DNA of 64,000 bases from an uncultured Candidatus Binatia bacterium (GCA_965218425.1 OZ244621.1:2784001-2848000), one strand, 5' to 3'. Shown: positions 1-9,587, counted from the first letter of the stretch. Numbers and translations: made by a program. Notes: generated by a model from the letters alone, not told the origin.

Positions 1-138
1 TTCGGGATGCTAAAACTGATCAACATTTTTACGCCAGTGAGGGTCTCCAAGTCGGTCGAACGAACCGGGTTGGACAGTGCCCTGCATGGCGAGTCGGCAT
101 ACATCGAGGCAGGGTCGGCCGAGATCGAAGAGGAATAG
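1..138 (+). CDS. amtB: Ammonium transporter, C-terminal end (partial)
   Basis: Frame 1 reads FGMLKLINIFTPVRVSKSVERTGLDSALHGESAY...*, matching the conserved Amt cytoplasmic tail (lRVs.e.E..GLD...HGE.AY). Confidence 0.85.
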   Translation, partial: FGMLKLINIFTPVRVSKSVERTGLDSALHGESAYIEAGSAEIEEE

Positions 139-583
139 ATCGGAACCCGAGAGCGATCCAGGGGGGCTGTCCGATAAACCGCCGCCGAGACCCGGTGAGC
201 CATTATCACCCGCAGGGCCAGCATCTTAGAGACCTCGCACAACTGCGAGCCTGCCGTGAGTGTTTCGTCTCAAGGCGGCGGCGAACGGCCGGGTGTTCGT
301 CTCTATGCGGAGTCGACCGGAAGTCTCCATAAATCCCGGGGTGGCCCAAATTCCCCACGTTATGAGTAATCAGATGAAACGGCATGGAGGGTATTTCGTT
401 ATACACATTCAAGCCGTTCCTGACGCTCCCCCATGGCGTTGAAAGCATCAGATTTATCCGGTGAGTACCCTTATTAACTTCGTTAGCTAAGACGCCTAAT
501 AAACCCTCGCATGTCTTGGGAACTATTTCTGTAATAGTCTAGGGGACATTGCTTCCGAAAGAGCTTTATCGTAGCTGGTTGAT

Positions 584-807
584 ATGCCTCGGCAAGCGCG
601 CCTCGATGCTCCTGGTATTCTGCACCACGTGGTGGTGCGAGGGTTCGAGCGCCGCCCCATCTTTCGGGACAACGTTGACCGGCGCGACTTCTGCGCCCGG
701 TTGGGGGGACTGGTGGAAGGGACTACCCTAACCGTGTACGCGTGGGCTCTGCTCCCGAACCACGCGCACCTCCTGCTCCAGACGGGCCAGCGGCCCCTGG
801 CTCTGTG
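584..807 (+). pseudogene. Truncated REP-associated tyrosine transposase (RAYT / Y1 HUH)
   Basis: MPRQARLDAPGILHHVVVRG...AWALLPNHAHLLL (HUH motif). Similarity stops at the IS110 end, and the C-terminal half with the catalytic Tyr was not found after the IS. Confidence 0.8.
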
Positions 808-812
808 TAATA

Positions 813-1141
813 GGGGACATCCTATAGTCTCCTTGTCAAGTAATAATTTCTTGGCATTAGTTTTTCAATAGAATCAGCACATTGCAAATCCTGCCGGATT
901 GATCACACACTTCTACACTAAGCCTGCACACAGGCTTTGATATTTTCTGGCGAGTCTCTCACTACCTTCGAACTTAGCACCTCATCGTTACAAGTATTCG
1001 GTGTACCTGCTTTTAGTCACCCATCATCCCTTATCCAGGTTGCAAAGTTCAGTGAGAGGCCCCTGTATTGTCCCTCCCGAGGTCCTTGTTTGGCCTCTAC
1101 GTTGCGTCTCGGGGTCCTCCCTCGCCAAGGTCAAATAGACT
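813..1141 (-). ncRNA. Candidate bridge/seek RNA locus in the IS110 non-coding end
   Basis: About 330 bp without a credible ORF directly downstream of the transposase. IS110/IS1111 elements are known to express guide RNAs from such ends. Structure not verified. Confidence 0.45.
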
Positions 1142-2428
1142 CTAGTCTATCTTCAAATACGTCGGATCAAAAAACTCCTTTTTCTTCATCAACGTCCAGG
1201 CAATGATTAACATCTTAGCTGTCAACTTCACCCTCATCTTGGTCTTAATCCCTTTCTCCTTTTGCCGCCCTGTGAGTTTGTGGGTAAAATAGGCAGTAAA
1301 GTGCTTATCCTTGTTTGAGGCCACCAACGCTGCCTGGTACAACCCATAGCGCACCTCGACCTTACCCTTCTTGGAAATACGCGGCGTGCTATCGGATGAA
1401 TACTTTCCACTACGAGAAGCCGAAAGATCCAGACCCACCATCTTCAGCACTTGGCTGCCACTACTAAAACGAAAAGGGTCTGCTATAGCGGCCAGCACCA
1501 TGGCACAAACCAATGGGCCAAAACCAGGTATACTCAAAAGGTAAGGATAGGATTCAAACTGAAGGCAAATCTGCTTAATCTGCTCATCGGTTTCGCCAAT
1601 CGTTTGGCGTACCTGCTTTAACAGACTGACCACCCTATCGGCTTCAAATTGAACCGACGGACCGAACCGAGAGCCAATCGAAACCGCTGCCTTTTGCCAT
1701 ACGGCGGACAACCGACGTTGTTGGGCATAGGTTTGACCTCGGGTGTGAATCCTGCTTAGAAACTGTTCATAGTCTAAGCCCGATACCTCCACTGGGTCCA
1801 AACACCATTGGACAATCGCTAATCCCTCCTTTGCTGCCCAATGACAACACTGGTCTAACTCCGGGAAATACTGGGCCACCAGGTGATTGCGAATGCGTAT
1901 CCTTAGCCCATGTTCGAGCTTCTTTAGCTTTCTTCTCATTGACAGAAGATTCCTTAACTCCCGAAGCTCCACACCGGGAAATTCGTAATACACGCACTTT
2001 CCCTGAGAAATCAGATCCGCAATGTTATCTGCGTCCTTGGTGTCGTGTTTGTCCCATCTACCATCCAACAATGAGCGGTTCTTCTTCACGGCATCTGAAG
2101 CTACCAGGACCACCATATGCTGTTTCCTGATTAAGAACTCTCCCAGAGGTTTGTGATAGTTCGCTGTCGGTTCCAGCCCAAAAACTTCCTTCGTTAATCC
2201 GTGCCTAACTCTAACGGCCTCTACCTGCAATAAAAGCTTTTCAAATCCCTCTCTGTGGTTATCGAAGACCAGTTGCTTATACAGCACCTTGCCTGTAGCC
2301 GTGCCCATAAAGGCATAGTGCCTGTCCTTGGCCACATCGATTCCCACGATCAGATACTCTGTTGAGCCACGAATCTCCTTTTTCAATTGACGAAATGCTT
2401 CGAGCCTGTTAGCTTCAAACCGTTCCAT
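1142..2428 (-). CDS. IS110-family transposase/recombinase
   Basis: VGIDVAK, FGLEPTANYH, KHDTKDADNIA (DEDD RuvC-like domain); SIPGFGP and GLDLSASRSG (Tnp domain serine loop); AGGAGG RBS. Confidence 0.95.
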   Translation of the reverse strand: MERFEANRLEAFRQLKKEIRGSTEYLIVGIDVAKDRHYAFMGTATGKVLYKQLVFDNHREGFEKLLLQVEAVRVRHGLTKEVFGLEPTANYHKPLGEFLIRKQHMVVLVASDAVKKNRSLLDGRWDKHDTKDADNIADLISQGKCVYYEFPGVELRELRNLLSMRRKLKKLEHGLRIRIRNHLVAQYFPELDQCCHWAAKEGLAIVQWCLDPVEVSGLDYEQFLSRIHTRGQTYAQQRRLSAVWQKAAVSIGSRFGPSVQFEADRVVSLLKQVRQTIGETDEQIKQICLQFESYPYLLSIPGFGPLVCAMVLAAIADPFRFSSGSQVLKMVGLDLSASRSGKYSSDSTPRISKKGKVEVRYGLYQAALVASNKDKHFTAYFTHKLTGRQKEKGIKTKMRVKLTAKMLIIAWTLMKKKEFFDPTYLKID

Positions 2429-2432
2429 ATTT

Positions 2433-2490
2433 AAACCTCCTGTGTATTAAGAATTTTATGGGTCGTACCTAAGTTCTTAGCAGGAGGTTT
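2433..2490. promoter_or_regulatory. Inverted repeat covering the transposase RBS
   Basis: AAACCTCCTG (2433-2442) / CAGGAGGTTT (2481-2490), plus inner TAAGAATTT / AAGTTCTTA. Confidence 0.6.
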
Positions 2491-3074
2491 TTTTTATACA
2501 GCTATAAAATAACTTCCAATTATAATACCGTGCGGATCTATAACCCTGGTAAGCTATAATATATAATGTTGCGGCTTTAATGGCTTTTTACTTTATTTCG
2601 ATTCCAGGAGCCTAAACCAGTGCTCACTGTTAAGATCGCCTTGTAGCGCAGCGGGTGGAGCGTATTCGAAACCGGGGTCAGGTTATATGAAAAAGGGGTC
2701 AAGCTCCAGCAGGATGGCGGTTGTAGCAGCCATCAAACCTGAAAGGAGAAGATCCCATCCTTTACGTCGGGTTAGACTGCCACAAACGATACACCCAGGT
2801 AGATGCCATTGACCGGAAAGCACCGCGTCCAAACGGACAGGACATTCCAAGAGAGAATTGGCACGATACAAGCTGGAATCCGAAAGGGAAGGAAACCCAG
2901 AATAGCAAAAAGGCAAGGCTGAGCCCGATTCAAATAGTCAGGAGGATCGTCAGCTAGCGACTGAAAATCAGTCTGCCCTTGCTGTTTTAGCCATTTCTTA
3001 GCCAAACGTTCGTCATTGCTCTTTCCATTATTCACCAGGTAAAAATACATCCCATATTCAGTTCCCATCGAACA

Positions 3075-5882
3075 TTAATTTCTTCGCCCAACGGGAGGTC
3101 GGCGGCCCCGCAGCCGTTTCGTTTTCCCCATCATCCCCGCTCCAAGCGGCGCGCGCATCTTCTCATAGAGCATGAACAGGTGTTCGACCCGCTCGCGCTC
3201 GGAGGCGAAGCCGCCAGGGCGGTAGAGTCGGTCCACCGCACGGTCAAGGGCCTGATGCGCCCGGCGTAGGTTGGGCGGCATGAGGTCGGGATCGTAGAGG
3301 TCCGCGAGCGTCGCGCCCAGATGGGCAGCGCGGGCGTCAAGGACGGCTTGCGCCAGAGGCTCCAGTTTGGGCAGATCCGCGCCTTCCGGTGGTGTCGGGA
3401 ATGTATTGTAGACGAGACCGATGGAATAGCGGTAACGGCTCTCCAACCGCCCGCCGACATGGCGCAGCCAAGCCATGTGCATGGCCGAGGTCAGCAGCGC
3501 GAAATCGGCTAGCGAGGCGTTCTGGAGGACGAACACGAGATCGCTGGGAATGGTCGGCGGCTCCAGCCAACCCACCGGCACATATTCCCGCCGCTCCGAA
3601 CTCACCTTCGGAATGACCAGGAACGGCGCGGTGGGCAATACGTTGACATGATAGAGCGTTGGGGTAGCAGCCAGCTTTTTCGTGGGCAAGCTCTCGCTTT
3701 CCTCCCGGTACGCGCGGACAGCAGCAATGCGTTCCCGTACATGCGGCAGTCGCGCTAACTTGTCCGGCCGCGCGGCGTGGAGGACGAGAATCCAGCGTTC
3801 CCCGCCTCGCAGATACTCCCAAGCGCCAAGGTACGGACGAAGGAAGGGCTCGGCGTCCGGCTCGGAGTCCAGAAGCGTGTAGCGTTCTTCAGCGTCCAAG
3901 ATATAGTTTCCACCATCGATGGGTTTGGAGCCGATGATCAACCTGCCCATCCCGTTGATCGGCCTACTTTCTTCGCGCACGGTCAAATGCGGGTCGGAAA
4001 GGCCACTGGCATCGAACAAGTACGGGGACAGCACCGAGTGACGGCTTTCCTCTGGTTCGCCGTTAATGTCGGGATAGCCGAACAAACGCCTTGCGGGCCG
4101 CGCGGCCTCCCGTCGGTCGAGGCCGAGAATGACGACGTGCACGTGCGCCTTGCCGCGCGCGTCCGATCCCCACGCGAACGTGCGGTGCGCGAATGCGCTC
4201 TCCAACTTGCAGCGGTCGAACAAGACCGGCCAGAGTTGGGCGACCTGCTCGCCCTGCGTAATCGAATTGGTCGCGACGAAACCGATACGAGCGTTTCCAG
4301 ACCGGATATACTCGCCCGCCTTGATGAACCACGCGGCGACGTAATCCAGCGTGCCGCCGCTCTTGCCGAGCGCCGCGATCCCGCGCACCTGCGCGCGCTG
4401 GTCCGCCGTCTGGTACTTCGCGCCGACGAAGGGCGGATTGCCGAACACGAAGGAACAGTCCTCCGGCCGCAACAGGTCCGCCCAATCGGTTTCCAGTGCG
4501 TCTCCGTGGACGATATGCGGCGATTTCTCCAGCGGAATCCGGGTATAGGTCTGGCCGAACTCCAGGCTCAGCCGGTTGTTCATGATATGGTCCATCATCC
4601 ACATGGCGGTTTCCGCAATGCGGGCCGGGAACTCGCCAAGCTCGATGCCGTGGAACTGGTCGACATCGATCACCGACAGGGTTTCCGCGTCGAGTTCCCG
4701 TTGCGTGCTCACTCGTATCGCTTTCAGAACCTCGATTTCTAGCAACCGCAGCTCCCGGTAGGCGATGATGAGGAAGTTGCCGCAGCCGCAGGCCGGGTCG
4801 AAGAATGTCATCCCACCCAGCTTCTCCTGAAACTTACGCAGCTCGGCGATACGGTGGCTGTCCTTGCGGGACTTCAGACGCGCGAACTCGGCGCGCAGGT
4901 CATCCATGAACAGCGGCTCTATCACCTTCAGGATGTTCTTCTCGGTCGTGTAGTGCGCGCCCTGGGCGCGGCGCTCGGCAGGTTCCATGACCGATTGGAA
5001 CAGGGAGCCGAAGATCGCGGGCGAGATGTTCGACCAGTCGAACCGGCCGGTGTCCAGCAGAACCCTGCGCATGGCCGCGTCGAATGCCGGAATGCGAAGC
5101 GGCCCTTCGAACAGATCGCCGTTGATGTAGGGAAACCCCTTGAGGTCTTCGTCGAGCGTCGCGGTGCGGTTGCCCTCTGGAGTATCCAGCACCTGGAACA
5201 GTTGCGACAGCCAAGGTCCGAGATCGGCGCCGTCCTCCCCCGTGCGTGTCTCGATGAAGTCGAAGAAAATATCGCGCGGCTCGAAGATGCCGGTGTCGTC
5301 CGCAAAGAGGCAGAACACGATCCGCACCAGAAACCGCTCCAGGTCGTGGCCCCGGTATCCCGCCGCGTGAAGTGCATCGTGCAGCCGCCCCACCAGTTCG
5401 GCGGCCTTGACGTTGGCCGGGTCCTGATCGCGGAAGGTCCGGCGCTGGACGCCCAGGATGAAGCCGAACGCCTCTACATAAGCGGGCAGGTCCTTGAGCG
5501 GGAAGGCGACGGTTTCCCGTTCATCGAGATCGCGAAGCTCGAAGCTCCGGAAGTCGCTGACCAGAATATAGCGCGGCCGGTCGCGCTCGGCGAGCGCATC
5601 GAAATACCCCCCGGCCTGATCGTTGGCTTTGGCGAGATCGCGCCCGGCGCTTTTCTGCTCGACGATCAGGACGCCCGGCCAGAACAGGTCGATGAACCCG
5701 GAACGGTTGTCCAGCTTCGCCACATGCGCCTCGTAGCGCGCGACGGTTCGCCGCCGTATGCCGAATATCTCGAAGAACTCGTTGTAGAAGCTCTGCGTCT
5801 CGCCCTTCTCATAGGCAGCGTCCCGCCATTCGTCGGCGAAGGCGGCGGCGCGGACGCGCGCCTCGTTCCATGACAGGCGCAT
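3075..5882 (-). CDS. MmeI-family type IIG/IIL fused restriction-modification enzyme
   Basis: 935 aa; N-terminal nuclease (FIDLFWPGVLIVEQK); motif I DPACGCGNF; motif IV GNPPF; C-terminal TRD (VSSERREY, RLESRYRYS, LADLYDP). Confidence 0.93.
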   Translation of the reverse strand: MRLSWNEARVRAAAFADEWRDAAYEKGETQSFYNEFFEIFGIRRRTVARYEAHVAKLDNRSGFIDLFWPGVLIVEQKSAGRDLAKANDQAGGYFDALAERDRPRYILVSDFRSFELRDLDERETVAFPLKDLPAYVEAFGFILGVQRRTFRDQDPANVKAAELVGRLHDALHAAGYRGHDLERFLVRIVFCLFADDTGIFEPRDIFFDFIETRTGEDGADLGPWLSQLFQVLDTPEGNRTATLDEDLKGFPYINGDLFEGPLRIPAFDAAMRRVLLDTGRFDWSNISPAIFGSLFQSVMEPAERRAQGAHYTTEKNILKVIEPLFMDDLRAEFARLKSRKDSHRIAELRKFQEKLGGMTFFDPACGCGNFLIIAYRELRLLEIEVLKAIRVSTQRELDAETLSVIDVDQFHGIELGEFPARIAETAMWMMDHIMNNRLSLEFGQTYTRIPLEKSPHIVHGDALETDWADLLRPEDCSFVFGNPPFVGAKYQTADQRAQVRGIAALGKSGGTLDYVAAWFIKAGEYIRSGNARIGFVATNSITQGEQVAQLWPVLFDRCKLESAFAHRTFAWGSDARGKAHVHVVILGLDRREAARPARRLFGYPDINGEPEESRHSVLSPYLFDASGLSDPHLTVREESRPINGMGRLIIGSKPIDGGNYILDAEERYTLLDSEPDAEPFLRPYLGAWEYLRGGERWILVLHAARPDKLARLPHVRERIAAVRAYREESESLPTKKLAATPTLYHVNVLPTAPFLVIPKVSSERREYVPVGWLEPPTIPSDLVFVLQNASLADFALLTSAMHMAWLRHVGGRLESRYRYSIGLVYNTFPTPPEGADLPKLEPLAQAVLDARAAHLGATLADLYDPDLMPPNLRRAHQALDRAVDRLYRPGGFASERERVEHLFMLYEKMRAPLGAGMMGKTKRLRGRRPPVGRRN

Positions 5883-5885
5883 GAT

Positions 5886-6815
5886 CTACAGGGATTCCTG
5901 ATCGAAATAGTCTTCGTCGATCCACTTGACTTCGTGTCGAGCCCTGGTACGCACGCCGATATTGTGCGCGACCATCAGACGAGCCAGTTCTTCTCCGTCG
6001 ATCAGGACGATGCGTTTCGGACTTCGATCCACATAGTCCCTTGCGGCGCGCGTGAAACCGGCGGTGGTGACGAATACGCCCTTGGTCGTGCCCGCTGCGT
6101 CGATCGCGCCGGCGAAGTTGCGCAGGTCGCCCTCGCCCACGGTGTTGCCGTCGGCATACTTCTTCGCCTGAACATAAACCTCGTCCAGACCGAGCTTGTC
6201 TTCCCGGATCGTGCCGTCGATCCCGTGATCGCCTGAATGCCCGGTTACACGGCCCATCGCGGCGTCGCCGCCGCCGTACCCCATCGCGATCAGCAGATTG
6301 ATTACCACCTGTTCCAGAAATGCCGGAGACGCCTTGCGAACCCGGTCAAGCACATCGGCCTCCAGCGCATCGCGCAGTTGCTGGACGGCCCGTTCCAGGG
6401 TTTCCTCCGGCGTGTTCGCCGAATCATCCAGTGGCGCGAGTGCGGCATCACCGCTCGCTGACGGGGTGTTCCTGCCGGTCCGCCACGCGACATAGGCCGG
6501 ATAGTTGCGAAGGTGATTCATGTCGATGCGGGGCGGTGCATCGGCCAGCAGTCGCTTGCCTTCCGCCGTCAGTCGCCAGACTCCGCTCTGAACTCTTTCC
6601 AACAGACCGGCGCGTCCAAGATGAATCACCGCCCAACTCACCCGGTTCGTGAATACCGGCTGGCGACCGCTGGGAAGCAGCTCTCGCATATCATCGGGCG
6701 TCAGCCCTTCGGCAACGGCAACACGGGCGCGCACCTCGGATAGCGGTGTTTCTGAATCACCGGACAGTGCCTTGAGAACCGGCAACATGAGGGATTGAAA
6801 GTCAGGGATAGGTAT
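5886..6815 (-). CDS. mrr: Mrr type IV (modification-dependent) restriction endonuclease
   Basis: Mrr_N wHTH (FTNRVSWAVIHL) and Mrr_cat (GDHGIDG...YVQAKKY). The conserved N-terminus xPIPDFQSLMLP extends upstream of the called ATG to an ATA codon at 6815, with AAGGAG 6 nt upstream. Confidence 0.92.
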   Translation of the reverse strand: MPIPDFQSLMLPVLKALSGDSETPLSEVRARVAVAEGLTPDDMRELLPSGRQPVFTNRVSWAVIHLGRAGLLERVQSGVWRLTAEGKRLLADAPPRIDMNHLRNYPAYVAWRTGRNTPSASGDAALAPLDDSANTPEETLERAVQQLRDALEADVLDRVRKASPAFLEQVVINLLIAMGYGGGDAAMGRVTGHSGDHGIDGTIREDKLGLDEVYVQAKKYADGNTVGEGDLRNFAGAIDAAGTTKGVFVTTAGFTRAARDYVDRSPKRIVLIDGEELARLMVAHNIGVRTRARHEVKWIDEDYFDQESL

Positions 6816-7306
6816 AAGATTCTCCTTTGTTCGTTCCGTCTACGCCGCCGGGCAGTCGGCATGCCGGTTGCTCGAAGGTCATGATCTGCAGGCCGTGCCC
6901 GTGCTCACGGGCTGCGGCGAGCCGAAGTTCGCGCATTGTAAAACTGCCGTGCCCGATTACCGTCCGACGCTGCGCAGCTTCCATCTTTTCCCCAAGGCCA
7001 AGCGCCTGCCATAGCGCTGCCTCACCTATAGTGGACAACGGCGCTCCATCCTATCCTTGGCAAGCCTCGCCCCTTCTAGTTCAAACGCAATCGTATTGCC
7101 AAGTCAAGCTGCTTGGTCCCGATCCCGGTCCGCTCTGCCCGCTCCGATTCATCGATTTCCGGTCTCGGCTCCCGCACACTCCCGCCGCAAGACGGGCGGA
7201 TTCCCGTTAACTTGACGATACTGACGGAACACGGCGGGGCCGTGTCGCTGTCGGGGTCCGATACATTCGAGTCGTTTCTCAAAGCGACATGAAAACCGGA
7301 GTCGAT

Positions 7307-7990
7307 ATGGTCGTTAACTTTCAAAAGCGATTCGCCGCAACGGTGGAAAACGGCGCCAGGAGACAAACCATCCGTAAGGGGTGGAGGAACGGCAAGGTTG
7401 CCTGGAAACCGGTTGGGCTGTTACAGTTTTATACCGGACTGCGCGCGCGGAATGCTCGTCTTTTGCGTGGCGCGGTCTGCAAGAAGATAAGCAGGATATC
7501 CATCGGTAAGGATCGGACTCTATATTATTTGGGCGGGCGTTGCTTGCCCCCTGCGAAGTACCGGGAGCTTGCTCGGCTGGACGGGTTCGACGATCACATT
7601 GGGATGGCGCTCCGGTTTCAGGCAAACCATGGTCTGCCGTTCAATGGGGGTATCCGATCGATTTCAACGATAATGATTGTTAATGGTCATCGCCCCGGTT
7701 CTGCCATGTGGAAGCAATCGTATGGACCCCGACCGGCTCCACCGATTTTCCGGCCGAAATACGACCCCGAAAACAGCCAAAAAACGGCCTTTAAAGGCCG
7801 CTTATCCACAGCTTCCGGCTGGATTTCCGATTATTTCTTTCGCTCGGAAACCTGGACCCTGCGGGCGCTCAAAACCCTGAAAAACAAGGGTTCCATCCCG
7901 CATCATCCCGCATCATCCCTCATCATCCCGCCACTTCCTGTCTTTTTCGCCGCCCTACATCCAGTCGCACGTGGGTACAGCGGTAGGTAA
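7307..7990 (+). CDS. Phage-type ASCH/PUA-like domain protein, probably degenerate (domain ends near 7650)
   Basis: MVVNFQKRFAATVENGARRQTIR...LQFYTGLR...ELARLDGF...HGLPF resembles phage ASCH proteins; the tail looks like read-through. Confidence 0.55.
   Translation: MVVNFQKRFAATVENGARRQTIRKGWRNGKVAWKPVGLLQFYTGLRARNARLLRGAVCKKISRISIGKDRTLYYLGGRCLPPAKYRELARLDGFDDHIGMALRFQANHGLPFNGGIRSISTIMIVNGHRPGSAMWKQSYGPRPAPPIFRPKYDPENSQKTAFKGRLSTASGWISDYFFRSETWTLRALKTLKNKGSIPHHPASSLIIPPLPVFFAALHPVARGYSGR
7894..7930. repeat. Tandem 10-mer repeat (CATCATCCCG, about 3.7 copies)
   Basis: catcccg catcatcccg catcatccct catcatcccg read directly. Confidence 0.85.
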
Positions 7991-8086
7991 GTGTTCATGG
8001 CCCGAACCCGGAGCCGCCGAAGCCGATTGCCACAATCAAGGCAACCAGAAAACATTGGATCGTCAAACGAGAAGATACCAGCCGAT

Positions 8087-8503
8087 CTAGGCTTTCTTGT
8101 GAAGGGCTTGGGGTTCTCCTGACTTCAGCGGAATGACTTGAGGCTCCTTGCCCTTCACGTTGCAGCGGCCCTCAAAAAACACGCCCTCCTCCATGATCAG
8201 GACGGGTGTTACTATATCACCGACTACTCGGGCTGATTTTCGTAATTCGACACGTTCCCGCACAGTGATATGGCCGGAGAATTGACCTGCAAGGATCGCC
8301 GTACCCGCTCGTACGTCGGCCTCCAGCTCTCCCGATTCGCTGACTATCAGGGTGTTGGAAGAGATCAGCTCTCCGCTAAATTTTCCGTTCACGATGAGGG
8401 TTCCAACAAACGTCAGGCGGCCTTCCATTTCACAGCCGTGATCGATAACCGACATCGCGGCGTGTTCGGGATTTGATTTGTGTTTGGACTTCCGAAACCT
8501 CAT
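8087..8503 (-). CDS. Bactofilin (polymer-forming cytoskeletal protein)
   Basis: SVIDHGCEMEGRL...IVNGKFSGE...VGDIVTPVLIMEEGVFFEGRC beta-helix pattern. Confidence 0.9.
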   Translation of the reverse strand: MRFRKSKHKSNPEHAAMSVIDHGCEMEGRLTFVGTLIVNGKFSGELISSNTLIVSESGELEADVRAGTAILAGQFSGHITVRERVELRKSARVVGDIVTPVLIMEEGVFFEGRCNVKGKEPQVIPLKSGEPQALHKKA

Positions 8504-8529
8504 GGTTGAACCATCTCAATTATGCTCGG

Positions 8530-8973
8530 TTATGAATTGGGTTGATTGTTAGCGAGCTTCGTTTGTTCTCTTGGCTTCAGCAGGGTAGGACCTGCGGAGT
8601 GGCGTTCGGGAACGGCTTCAGAGCCCCGTTGCACCTTCACCACGTTGCCATTGAAGAAGCCGCCTTTGGATATTACGAGAGAATCCGTTTCGACGTTACC
8701 GCTTACGCGTCCCGTGGCCGTGATCTCGACAGTGCCGGTGGCGACCATATTACCCTCGTACTGCCCCATAATGAGGGCGTCGGTCGTGCGGACGTCAGCG
8801 CGGACAATCCCCTTCTCGCCGATCACGAATCTGCCGCCTACATTGATTTCACCCGTGACTTTGCCCTTGATCTGGATCGATTCGGCAATATTAAATTTAC
8901 CTTCCAGCCGGGCACTTTCGCCGATAACCGTGAGGGGCGGAACTGAAGGAGCGCCACGTTTGTTATTGAACAT
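8530..8973 (-). CDS. Bactofilin (polymer-forming cytoskeletal protein)
   Basis: TVIGESARLEGKF...IGEKGIVRADV...GNVETDSLVISKGGFFNGNV. Confidence 0.9.
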   Translation of the reverse strand: MFNNKRGAPSVPPLTVIGESARLEGKFNIAESIQIKGKVTGEINVGGRFVIGEKGIVRADVRTTDALIMGQYEGNMVATGTVEITATGRVSGNVETDSLVISKGGFFNGNVVKVQRGSEAVPERHSAGPTLLKPREQTKLANNQPNS

Positions 8974-9000
8974 GAATGGATCTCCTCGGGCCTGGAATCA

Positions 9001-9017
9001 AGCACGGATCGTGCCAA
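9001..9017 (-). promoter_or_regulatory. Sigma-54 (-24/-12) promoter of the bactofilin pair
   Basis: Minus strand TTGGCACGATCCGTGCT (TGGCAC-N5-gTGC), 27 nt upstream of the ATG at 8973. Confidence 0.65.
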
Positions 9018-9559
9018 AACAATCCCGTTCACCTCTACATGATCACCATCTGACGGTCAAGTCCCATTTTTCCCGTAAAAGGCTGAGGCGTTGGATGTCC
9101 TCTTTCCCACATCAGGCAACGGCCGGTTGAGCGAGAGAAGCCATCATAGTCTCCACTCGGAATTGTTCGAGCTGCTTGATCACGGCCGGTGTCATGGGCA
9201 CGCCCACCTTTGATGAGTGCCGGTGGGTAGCTGGGAGCCGGAAATACCTGCTGCACCAAATGTTTCATCTGACTCTGGATCCCGCGGGGCAGCTTGGCCG
9301 GGATGTCGGGCATCTTATGGATCTGACAGCGTCGTCCGAAGACCCGCAGCCACATCCGTTTAACCGCTTCTACCAAACAACTGTTAACAAGGTTAACCTA
9401 GCTTTAACTCTTTGGTTTTTATAAAAAAGTTATTGGACGGGACCCTAGGATTCCGGTTTTGGCAAGACAACAAGGAGCAAGCAGGTCAGTTAAGCCCAAA
9501 AGGGCTGTGGATTCATCCCAAACGCAACTGAGGAGTCGTTGAATGGCGTTTTGTAAAGA

Positions 9560-9587
9560 TTGACAACCATTTTCCCTATGGTATTGG
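9560..9587 (+). promoter_or_regulatory. Putative sigma-70 promoter (RidA)
   Basis: TTGACA-16-TATTGG with TGn extension. Confidence 0.45.

Larger units (their letters stand above)
808..2527 (-). mobile_element. IS110-family insertion sequence (IS1111-like layout, long 3' non-coding end)
   Basis: DEDD transposase; shared TAATA core at 808-812 and 2523-2527; imperfect sub-terminal inverted similarity (ggggacatcctatag vs gaagttattttatag). Exact ends are inferred. Confidence 0.7.

Noticed and set aside
531..549. GTAATA-gtcta-GGGGACAT resembling the IS end
   Set aside because: Short gapped match that could be chance; no further similarity
808..2527. Sigma-70 promoter formed at the IS circle junction
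   Set aside because: TTGACA and TATAAT are present at the two ends, but joining at the TAATA core gives a 24-nt spacer
584..2560. RAYT gene restored by IS excision
   Set aside because: The rejoined frame reads PLALCNTVRIYNPGKL* with no RAYT C-terminus
2683..3068. Third gene of the defence cassette
   Set aside because: Short overlapping ORFs with no recognisable family; possibly a relic, but unsupported
3777..5873. Long plus-strand ORFs (321 and 339 aa)
   Set aside because: Antisense shadows of the high-GC MmeI-type gene; the same applies to most nested ORFs in the track
7894..7930. CRISPR array
   Set aside because: Contiguous 10-mer repeats without spacers; no cas genes in the window
9035..9376. 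113-aa ORF upstream of the bactofilins
   Set aside because: No recognisable motif or clear RBS
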